A program made the translations under genes and the position numbers. A stretch of 64,000 nt of DNA from Trypanosoma brucei (lineage: Eukaryota). This document shows positions 29,189-38,163 of this stretch, one piece after another (position 1 is the stretch's first letter; every line of letters starts with the position of its first letter). The stretch spans positions 672,001 to 736,000 of the forward strand of contig CM000208.1 of NCBI GenBank assembly GCA_000002445.1, read 5' to 3'. The notes under the pieces are model-generated. The model made no database searches, was not told the origin of the DNA, and saw nothing but the letters and a program-made list of their open reading frames with translations.

Positions 29189-30537
29189 TTGTCCGCGTGC
29201 CCATCGTCTCCGCAGCGGCTGGATAAAGGGAGGGAAGAGAGCGGGTATAATGAAGTAAGAAAGAGATATCATTTTTTTTTTATATAAGGGGACGGTGAGA
29301 AACAGGAATAATCGAAAAGGATGAAAGGGGAAAATGAGGAGGCCAATGGGGAACGAAAAGGCGGACAACATGAACATGGAGGGAAACAGAGGGATGGACT
29401 ACACGGACATTACCGGCGAAAGGAAGGAGGTAGTGAAGGTGTTTTGGAGAATTAGGGGGGACTGGAGGGAGTGGGAAACTGACAAATCGAGGAGTGGTGA
29501 AGAATTTGAGGTACGTAGTCAAGTGCCCAGCGGACGGACATTTGGAGGTCTCATGTTTTTCTTTCGATGGGCTCGGAGCGCACTTTCTTGCTCTTTTCCG
29601 GTAAGGAGCGTTTTAAAGCGGTGGCGCCTGTGGTACGTCATTGACAAGCTCGAGCGGTGGGAAAACAAATAATAATGGAAGGTGGAATGTCGATTGCAAC
29701 TTATTTCTAGTGCCGGCAGTATCGCAAAATAGAGATGCACATGCCTTCCTTTTGTGTTTCCCGCTTCCCTTCTCCTACCACCAGGTGCCCTTTCCTTTTC
29801 ATTCCGGATCGCCGTGCTGGGTCCCTTTGTACCCTCTTGGAGGCAGAAGTTTCTTCACTTTCTTTCTCTTTTCAATTCATTGCTTCCTGACTGTTTGCTT
29901 TCCTTAGAGAATGGCGCGAAGGGGTTACACCTGCATTCCTCCCCACTCGACCGTGTCTCGGTTCTTTTGTTTGTTAAGATATTCATCATCAGATTCTCAA
30001 AGGCCTGGGCAACCAAAGGGCCAACAGAGTGATGTGTTGTATACTTTTCAGTACTCAGATGGGATACATAATGTATGTGCCAATGTATCCAGGAATGCGG
30101 AATACACTCGTGCTTGTGACAGCGTATATATTTATATATACGTATCTATTTACTTATTTTCATTTCTATACCAACCTGACGTCGCTATGGTGATGGCTCT
30201 GAAGCTACGAGTGGAAGAAGAGGAGAATGGGGAGAAAGGTTGGCAATTTCACTTTTCGCACCCTTTAAAAGGGAAAGGAGAGAAAAATAAATAAATGAAT
30301 CAATAAAGGCAAAACAGTAGGTGGTATGTGTGTGCTGAATTTTCAGGAAAAGGGAGCGGCCAGTGAGAAAAGCAGAAGTTTGTTCGTTTCTTTTCATTTT
30401 TTCCCCTCTTTTGCCCACGTTTTTACTCTTTTCTCTCCCCCTTTTTTGAACGAACATCCTTATTCTGCCTAATCGACAGTGCGACCGGACCATGTAAACG
30501 ACGGAGATTATATACGTGAATATATACGCATGTATGT

Positions 30538-30567
30538 TCACACACACACATATATATATATATATAC
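30538..30567. repeat. Compound (CA)n(TA)n microsatellite.
   Basis: cacacacacacatatatatatatatata in the 2.1-kb gap at 29189–31310. Confidence 0.9.
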
Positions 30568-31310
30568 ATATCACGGTAATAACAAGGGAAGGCTCTACTC
30601 ATTGAATATTTTCCACACACGTTATCCTGTTTCCCGTTTCTCTCTCCTTTTCTTTTCCGCTTTTTCTCGCTTTCTGGTTTCTCTAGTTCATAAACAGGAA
30701 CAAAAGGAACAAAAAAAAATCGATATGCACCTGTGAGTCGGTCTTCGGCATACCATAATGTTTTTGAGGTGTACTGCCACCGTTGTAACGGTTCTACGCA
30801 ACAACAAAAGAAAGGGGATGGACTACATCATTTTGCCTGTTCCATTGCCTATTTTTGCAGGTGTTGAAGTGGCCGAGTGGGTGTGTTAGCTACCTACAGA
30901 TCGTTTTTATTATCTGTTTTTTTCTTTTCCTTTTTTGGCGGTGATATCGCATAAATCCTCATTTATTGAGTTCTTTTTTTCGTATCTTTTCTCCCTTTAT
31001 TATTTTTTCCCCCTCAAAGCACTACCGTTTCTTCCCTTCCGGGTCTTGCAACAGCTCGTGCTCTGAGGAAGTGCGTGTTTTGTCTTCACATCACTTCGTT
31101 ATTGGGCTTCTTTTCACCAACAACCAACACCACAAATCGTCACACCTCGTCACGCCGTCGCCGTTCTTGTAAATTTTTTTCTTCTGTCTAAGCCACTCAG
31201 GTTGGAGTTGTCGATTTTATCGCCAGGGAAAGCAGGATAAGTGGTAAGGGGATAAAACTAAAAAGCCTCTTATTTGCAACTCCAGACCGCGTGTGAAGTG
31301 GAGAATAAGG

Positions 31311-32696
31311 ATGGCTGAGTTGGCCAAGAGTGCGGTATTAGTGTCATCGTGTACTGATGACCTGTTGGGTGACGCAAAACAAGTTGTTGTGGGGCCAAAT
31401 CAAGAGGATCTGCACTCAGCAGAAGCCGTTCTTAATCGCTATTCAACCGTGGGGTTTCAGGCCTCAAATTTAGCCCGTGCTTTTTCTATATGTGAAATGA
31501 TGCTGACACCCCAATCTCCATCCCCATCGTTGATGCCCACTGAAGGGGACCAAGCATCTGAGTCACCAGTGATGGTGCAACCGACATTATTTGTTGGGGT
31601 CACTGCCAACCTCTTCGGGACTGGTTGCCGTGAGGCAATTCGATTTCTATGCACGGAGTGCGTTCCATTACCGAATGGAGTAGAACCCGCAACACCACTG
31701 GACGACATGGCTGGAATATCATGCGATGGGACGGGTGCACTGAAACCCTCGCCATGCGACTCGAGGGCGCTCATTCACGTTCTTGTGGTGAGTGGCGGTG
31801 CGATGGAACATGACATACGCCGTGCGTGTGAGTCGTACAAATTATCACGAGATGGGGCAGAGGAAGAAGGGGAGCAATTCCACCATCCGGTGGAACGTGA
31901 CCGCTCCCGCAGCAAGGGGACTGACTGTCATTTTGGAAATGTTCGTTACAACAGTAGTGGGGTGGCGTCACGCAACCTTTTTTCATGCGTTATGCGCTGT
32001 CTTGTGAAGCGACTTGCGGAAGCGCAACGAAAGGAAAAGGCAAACCGCGAAGCTGCTCCAATTCCCGAAGCCTATTACGATGTATGCTCGTGGGCCATAA
32101 CCCCAAGCACACTTTGGTACATGGCTGGTCTGTGGATGGCTGATATATTTACAGAGGCCCTGCAGGAAACTGGCGAGGTTACTGACGAGAAGGTGGCCAG
32201 CGAAGAGGGACTGAAACGTGCGAAGAGTACCGTCCTCTACTGGGCTGCACGGAATGGTGTTCCAATTTTCTCACCCTCTCTTACCGACGGTGACATTATG
32301 GAGTTCATTCTCACCGCAGGGGACACTGGTGTGCCTTTACTGCAATTAGACTTGGTTGCAGATATTCACCGTCTTAACAGGCTTGCGATGCGAAGTCGAC
32401 GCACGGGAATGATGATATTAGGCGGTGGCGTTGTGAAGCACCACGTCTGCAACGCAAATCTGATGCGCAACGGGGCTGATTATGCAGTGTTTTTGAATAA
32501 TGCGCAAGAGTTTGACGGCAGCGACGCCGGGGCTCGCCCTGGTGAAGCAGTTTCTTGGGGCAAGTTAAGGTTGGACTCCACCGCAGTGAAAGTGTACTCG
32601 GAGGTGACAATTGTGTTTCCGTTGATTGTTGTTCATGTATTTGTGGCGTGGGTCCGAATGATGCGGAGTAAAGGAAAGGAGAATATCCGCTCGTGA
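31311..32696 (+). CDS. DHS: Deoxyhypusine synthase paralog that keeps the catalytic Lys of the GGGVVKHH motif but has two large insertions and substitutions in NAD-contact motifs.
   Basis: First ATG at 31311; the track start at 31293 is GTG. Strong alignment to human DHS: GFQASNLARAF~GFQATNFGRAV, LFVGVTANLFGTGCREAIRFL~[21 protein letters not shown], and GMMILGGGVVKHHVCNANLMRNGADYAVFLNNAQEFDGSDAGARPGEAVSWGKLRLDSTAVKVYSEVTIVFPLIV, which is nearly identical to the human C-terminal block. Confidence 0.9.
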   Translation: MAELAKSAVLVSSCTDDLLGDAKQVVVGPNQEDLHSAEAVLNRYSTVGFQASNLARAFSICEMMLTPQSPSPSLMPTEGDQASESPVMVQPTLFVGVTANLFGTGCREAIRFLCTECVPLPNGVEPATPLDDMAGISCDGTGALKPSPCDSRALIHVLVVSGGAMEHDIRRACESYKLSRDGAEEEGEQFHHPVERDRSRSKGTDCHFGNVRYNSSGVASRNLFSCVMRCLVKRLAEAQRKEKANREAAPIPEAYYDVCSWAITPSTLWYMAGLWMADIFTEALQETGEVTDEKVASEEGLKRAKSTVLYWAARNGVPIFSPSLTDGDIMEFILTAGDTGVPLLQLDLVADIHRLNRLAMRSRRTGMMILGGGVVKHHVCNANLMRNGADYAVFLNNAQEFDGSDAGARPGEAVSWGKLRLDSTAVKVYSEVTIVFPLIVVHVFVAWVRMMRSKGKENIRS

Positions 32697-33134
32697 TTTG
32701 TTACAACACCTGTATGAGCATGCCTATTGCCATTTGTTTGATTTAGTGTACGCTTTGTACAGTTGCTTCAACAGGAATGAGCAGGGGTGGCGAGTCCGGT
32801 TCGAGGGCATACGAATCCATTGCCTCGTGAGTTAGTGGGTTTGTTTGCATGTGTACGTGTGTGTGAGGGGCCAAACAACTTTTCCCTGATGGTCGGTCGC
32901 TCGTTCGAGGGGGGAGGGATATTTTCCGTTCCTTAATAGTTCTAAATGGGGTAGTGTGCGTTTGGCTGCAACAAGTGCTTTCATGCCTTTGGAATTTTTG
33001 TCCTTAGAAGCTGTGTTCTGTTTTCTCTACTTTTCAGAGTTAAGCAAAATGGTGTGTAAGCCTTTAACACCGATCTCACGATTAAAAAAAATGGTAGAAG
33101 TCTACCCGCTCTCACCTTTCCTCTTGCGTGTATA

Positions 33135-33153
33135 ATATATATATATATATATA
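33135..33153. repeat. (AT)n microsatellite.
   Basis: atatatatatatatatat in the intergenic region between the DHS and BCS1-like genes. Confidence 0.9.
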
Positions 33154-33257
33154 CTCTACATTATCTCTCTTCAGCACTTTCTTTTTTTTTTGCTCTATAT
33201 ACCTCTTGTAACACTAATGATGAATACCGAAAATAAAGAAGGGAGTTGGCGCTATTG

Positions 33258-35426
33258 ATGGAAGGGCGCCACGGCTTCAACTTTCACTCCCTGGGAGGTG
33301 CGGTCGATTCGCACAACATTTTCTCCGCTTTATCCGGAAGAGATGACGGCAACGTTGATTCAAATGGAGCTGCCATGTGGGATATTGCAACGAATTTGGT
33401 ACTGACTCTTCTATTAACCGCTCTCTCCAAATACGTACGTCGTTTCCTCATGGAAACGTGGCCCGCCTGGGTCTCGAAACAGTTTAAACGACTTTTGGGT
33501 ACGCGTGAAGAGGGCGTTGTTGCGGCTGCAGATGTTTTCCGTAGTCAGCCAGAGGAGTTTGCCTTTGATAATGAAATATTGGTGGTCGCAATGGAGAGGT
33601 ACATTTCCTGGGTGCTTTTTTCGAAGGGAAAGCCAAAACTAAATAAAGGTAGTGCAACTGGTGCCAACATCCCAGCCGAAGGCGTATCGGAGCAGTCGAT
33701 TCCTCTGCTTCGGCATGCACAGTACCTGTACACACCACTTAATTTGTCACCGTATAGGGGCAGGAAGGATATGTTTAACGTGCTGCGCCGGTATTATCGT
33801 GTTTTACTTGTTCCCGGTGATGGTGACGTTTTGGAGGTGGAACCTGGGCTTACCATTTGCTTTCATCAACAGTTCGTCTCTACCTCGTCGCTGAAGTCTG
33901 GCAAGCCCGTGTCACTGCGTGGTAATGCGGAAGTTTTGAGGGAGTATCCTCCTGTAAATTTTGATGCGACCCCCTTGGACCCTGGGGCTAAAAATGAGGA
34001 TGTTAGCCAAAGTGGTAGTGATGATAGTCAGTTACATGACGATGGAAAAACCACACGGCAATCAGGGAATGAGCGCGATGCGTACTTGCGTACGAGGAAG
34101 GTTATTGTCCGCCGAGCCCTGTTACGGTGCACGGATGCGGACAAGGGGCGTGAGCGCATCTTAAACTTTGCTCGCCGCGCATATGAGTGGTACATTTCCA
34201 CTGTTGGTGACGTTGTCGAACGATATTATTTCCACCCGAGCCGCTCAGAATTGCAGTGTGCGATAACTTCAAAGTGGTTGGACGAATCTGTGATGCCCCT
34301 CCGGTTTCCCATGCGTCGCTACATGATACCGACCGGGAGGTGCGGTTTTGAATCACTTTTTTTTCGTCAGAAAAGTGACCTGATTACATGTCTCACCGAG
34401 TTCAAAGAGAAGCGGGGTAGGTTTGGGGTTCCAGGGGTCGCGCAGCAGTTGCTAATTCTTCTACACGGTCCGCCTGGCACGGGGAAAACTAGTGTTATCC
34501 GTGCAATTGCGGGCTACCTCAATCGTAGCATTGTTGCTGTCCCTATCGAATACTTTCAAACAAATAGCAAACTACAGGAGATTCTATCTGGCGGCACAGT
34601 GAAGCTAGAAGGGTATAGTGCACCTGTTGCAGGGAATGAATGCGATCTTGAGGTCAGGAAAATAGTGTATGTCTTTGAGGATTTTGACGTGGTCACACAG
34701 TTAATTCCTTTCAGAATGTCGCTCACCCATCAGCGTTGCCCGCCTTCGAGTGTCTCCTCGCCCACATCATTTGATGGTGTTGAGGTGGGTTGTGGAACCC
34801 CGACTTCCGCCTTTGAAGCGGGTGACGATGACCTTTCTACCGAAATTCCTCAAACCCTGCATGAAGACACACTCTTACCTGATGAGGGACCTAACAGTCC
34901 TCCAAATGTAGATGCAGACGCTTCCGTAAAAGGGCGTACAAGTGAGGCTGAGAGCAAAAAAGAGAGCATCAATGATAACTTGCTTGAGGGCGCATGTGAT
35001 GAGAGCGACGCAATTTCTGAAGTATCAGTCAGTGAGATGCGTCGTTTCCAACGGAGACTTGCTCGCGACTTTCTTTCTCCAGAAGGGCTCCTGCGCACGC
35101 TTAACCCATGTTTCGCACAGCCTGACCGCGTGATTGTGTTCACAACAAACCATGTGGAGTTACTACCGGCGGAGCTGTTCAGGCCTGGTGTGCTGACGAT
35201 GGACATTCATATGTCCAACTGGGAGGCGAAAACAGCCTTTGAGTTCATTGCGCATCACTTCAGAAACTCACTTACTACAGAACTTCAGCAACGATTTGAA
35301 ACTTTCTTCTTGCGGTGTGAAAAGGAGGGACGGCAAGTTTTTATGAATCCCTCTTCACTCGAGCATTTATTGTTGACGTATGACAGCGCCGAAGATTTAC
35401 TACTGGAGTTGGAGCGTCAATATTAA
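33258..35426 (+). CDS. BCS1-like AAA+ ATPase with a ~400-aa N-terminal extension and a ~130-aa acidic insertion within the ATPase module.
   Basis: First ATG at 33258; the track start at 33246 is TTG. Walker A is LLHGPPGTGKTSVIRAIAGYL, matching the BCS1 pattern LHGPPG.GK.S...A.AG.L. A Walker B-like VYVFEDFD follows. The C-terminal AAA region LNPCFAQPDRVIVFTTNHVELLPAELFRPGV resembles the BCS1 LDPALIRPGRVD family segment. Confidence 0.7.
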   Translation: MEGRHGFNFHSLGGAVDSHNIFSALSGRDDGNVDSNGAAMWDIATNLVLTLLLTALSKYVRRFLMETWPAWVSKQFKRLLGTREEGVVAAADVFRSQPEEFAFDNEILVVAMERYISWVLFSKGKPKLNKGSATGANIPAEGVSEQSIPLLRHAQYLYTPLNLSPYRGRKDMFNVLRRYYRVLLVPGDGDVLEVEPGLTICFHQQFVSTSSLKSGKPVSLRGNAEVLREYPPVNFDATPLDPGAKNEDVSQSGSDDSQLHDDGKTTRQSGNERDAYLRTRKVIVRRALLRCTDADKGRERILNFARRAYEWYISTVGDVVERYYFHPSRSELQCAITSKWLDESVMPLRFPMRRYMIPTGRCGFESLFFRQKSDLITCLTEFKEKRGRFGVPGVAQQLLILLHGPPGTGKTSVIRAIAGYLNRSIVAVPIEYFQTNSKLQEILSGGTVKLEGYSAPVAGNECDLEVRKIVYVFEDFDVVTQLIPFRMSLTHQRCPPSSVSSPTSFDGVEVGCGTPTSAFEAGDDDLSTEIPQTLHEDTLLPDEGPNSPPNVDADASVKGRTSEAESKKESINDNLLEGACDESDAISEVSVSEMRRFQRRLARDFLSPEGLLRTLNPCFAQPDRVIVFTTNHVELLPAELFRPGVLTMDIHMSNWEAKTAFEFIAHHFRNSLTTELQQRFETFFLRCEKEGRQVFMNPSSLEHLLLTYDSAEDLLLELERQY

Positions 35427-35797
35427 TTTTCACATTCTTTTACAACTCAATTGCCCCCTTCCTAACACACGCTTTCTCTTCGAACACCGAATATTTGTTT
35501 TGTGATTACTCTCTTCATTTCCTTCTTATTTTTACTTTCCTGTGGGTGTGTTCCTTTTGACAACTTTTTGTTACTTTGTCCGTGTGTGCCGTTTGGTTTG
35601 TCCTCATTGGAGGTCGTAAACAAGCAAGTGGTAACGAGAGCGAAAGAAAAAAAGGAAAGAGAAGGTAAAATTAAAAAAAGAGTGTGTAGTGAGGATTAGG
35701 AGAACACGAACATTTACTGCAACGTGTTTTTTTTTTTAAGTAATACCATTATTAAAGAACAAACAGGTAACACGTTCCCTGTAATACAAAGTTAGCC

Positions 35798-36946
35798 ATG
35801 ACGTCTTCAATGATCCCTGTGGATCCCGACAAGCGGGACGACATATACTACCGTTACAAAATGCCTGCCATTCAAACAAAGGTAGAAGGCAGTGGTAACG
35901 GTATCAAGACTGTCTTTCCGAATATCCACGACGTTTGCCTCGCCATCAACAGGCCAGAAGAAGTCCTGATGAAGTATTTCCAGTCAGAGTTTGGTGCTCA
36001 GCGCACGGTGTCTGAAAAGGACGACAAATTTCTTATTATGGGAAGTCATACAGAGGAACGTGTACAGGAAAAAGTATATGACTTTATCCGCCAGTTTGTC
36101 CTATGCAGGAGCTGCCGTAACCCCGAAACTCAGCTCTCTGTGGAGCGCAACAAGAAGGGTGCCCCCCAGGTTAGCATGTCGTGCGGAGCGTGCGGTAAGT
36201 CGATGAAGTTGGAAGACCTTGGAGCGCGCTACGTCACTGCTCTCGCTACTCACTTCGCCAAAAACCCACAGGCAGCACTACGGAAAGGCGCAGGTACGGC
36301 GGAGGCTCGTAAGAAGGATAAGGCCCAACAGGAGGAGGCGGCGGCTGCTGCAGCAGCAAAGTTGGCGGTTCCTGTGGAGAAACACGTGATTATGAAATCA
36401 GACCTACAGGATACACGTGAGGCGCCGCAAGAAGTGCTTGCACGCTTCATGAGACAATGTGAAGGTGACTACGAAGAGATTCTGCGTCACTCCATGGAAC
36501 TTATGTCAACCTACAACTTGAAGGACAAAATGGGGCCGCTACTCGTTCTGAATGCCATTGTAATTGCCGAAAAGGAGTTCATGGCTGGTTTACGACGCCA
36601 TACGGCACTGCTGAAGCGCTTTTCAACCCTTCCAGACTCTGTACTGTACGACGCTTCGGCGGATGAGACGACAAAGACGGAGCGACAAAAGCGGAAGATG
36701 CAGCTACAGGTTGCTGCTATGGAGGAGTGCGCCCGCATATGCGTGCAGCACCTCAAGCCTGAGCAGCTTGTGGTTGCGTTATTTGTTCTTTTCATTGAAG
36801 GCGTTCTCGAGGGTGAATCGATTAAGAACTGGCATAACGAAGGAAAACCCCCGTCAAAGGTCGACCCAGCGGTATACGCCGAGATGAGGGAAGCGGTGGA
36901 GCCACTTGTCGTGTGGTTGGATGGGAACAAGTGTGTCGCAGCGTGA
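35798..36946 (+). CDS. EIF5: Eukaryotic translation initiation factor 5 (eIF5), with an N-terminal eIF2beta-like zinc-binding domain and a C-terminal W2 domain.
   Basis: 382-aa ORF starting at an ATG. YYRYKMPAIQTKVEGSGNGIKTVFPNIHDVCLAINRP...FVLCRSCRNPETQL...CGACG aligns closely with human eIF5: [37 protein letters not shown]...FVLCPECENPETDL...CKACG. Confidence 0.9.
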   Translation: MTSSMIPVDPDKRDDIYYRYKMPAIQTKVEGSGNGIKTVFPNIHDVCLAINRPEEVLMKYFQSEFGAQRTVSEKDDKFLIMGSHTEERVQEKVYDFIRQFVLCRSCRNPETQLSVERNKKGAPQVSMSCGACGKSMKLEDLGARYVTALATHFAKNPQAALRKGAGTAEARKKDKAQQEEAAAAAAAKLAVPVEKHVIMKSDLQDTREAPQEVLARFMRQCEGDYEEILRHSMELMSTYNLKDKMGPLLVLNAIVIAEKEFMAGLRRHTALLKRFSTLPDSVLYDASADETTKTERQKRKMQLQVAAMEECARICVQHLKPEQLVVALFVLFIEGVLEGESIKNWHNEGKPPSKVDPAVYAEMREAVEPLVVWLDGNKCVAA

Positions 36947-38163
36947 AGCCCCGTGGCCTCATTCCGTCCATCGTAACTTCAATTTTTCCCCACTCCTGTC
37001 TTTACTCTTATTTTTCCTCCATATTCCCCTTTTTGTTTACTTCAGCGTCGGCTGCTGTGTGCGGACCGCCTTATTTCCCTCACCTTTTTTTTTTTGCACC
37101 ACATTAATTTTTCACTTCGGTCCCTTCCATCGTCGTGGCATATCGGGTATATCGCGCGCTGTGGTGATGCACTCAGAGGCGTGAAATGAAGCGCAACATA
37201 CTCCTTCCTTGCCGTGGTGAACCGAAATGGTTTTTTGTACTTGCCTCACAGTTGTTACCATGTAGTTTACATCTGCAACCGTGTGAATCAATTCGCATCA
37301 CAAAGGCTGTTTGGGGTAGGGCAGAAGAAAGCTAAATGACTTGTTGGTATTCTAACCTCGTTGTAGTCGTTAAATAAATCGCAACGAAAGGTAAACATAT
37401 TGTGGCTTGCGCCATTCCGTTCCGCTTCATTTTATTCCCCTTTTGAATGTTTTCTTCGGCGCTTCTCTCATGTATACGAAATGGGGAAAAAATGAAGAAC
37501 CGAACGAGTGCACTGCAATAATAATAAGGTAAAAGCAGTTACAGTAGTGAAAATTGGGAAGAAGTGGAGGGCAGGTACACGTGGTTTCTTTTTTTTCCAT
37601 ACTGTTCTGTGTACTAGTGGACGGTGAAGCGTTTTAAGTGTTGTTTGCGGAGACGGGAAACGAAAAACCAAGAAATGGAGGATGAGGGAAATTTGTTGGG
37701 TGTCGATGTGGGAAAAGAGAGGAAGGGAAGGCTGTACACTTTCATTGGGTATCTGCCCTTACATCGAATGAAGCGGGCAGGGAAGCGAGGGGGGATTATA
37801 ATGGAGTGAAGGCATTTAATAGAGTAGGACATAGTCGGGTGAAAGAAGGTGATGACGGGGAAGTAAAATAAACCCTGTACAGCGCAGGTGTGGGAATTCT
37901 TGTCCAGTCTGTTTATTTTTCCTCCTTTGTTTCTCCCCCTTGTGTGGGGTATAGTTACACAACCCTTCCTCTTTTTGTCTTCTTATGCCTGCACGTCGGC
38001 ACAACCATTGTTGAGTATTGTCTCGTTGCTGTACTCCTCTATGGCTTACTTGCCTGTGATATCAAGTACCTTCATAGCGGTTGCCTCCCCTCTGTCGAAG
38101 GAAGGGGAAAAAAGAGGGGTAAAATTACACATTACCGGGAATATTCACAGCGTTTCTTAACCG

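Noticed and set aside
29334-30294. ORFs 29334–29672 and 29911–30294 in the long gap upstream of the DHS gene.
   Set aside because: 29334–29672 is a purine-rich translation (G/E/K/R-rich) and 29911–30294 runs through a low-complexity YIYIY stretch. Both lack domains. They read like typical spacer sequence with chance ORFs rather than genes, so I report only the gap itself as a finding.
32781-32820. tRNA-like T-arm resemblance (ggttcgagggcatacgaatcc) in the spacer after the DHS gene.
   Set aside because: The loop between GGTTCGA and ATCC is far too long for a T-loop. I found no acceptor-stem pairing or anticodon-arm structure. It is most likely coincidental.
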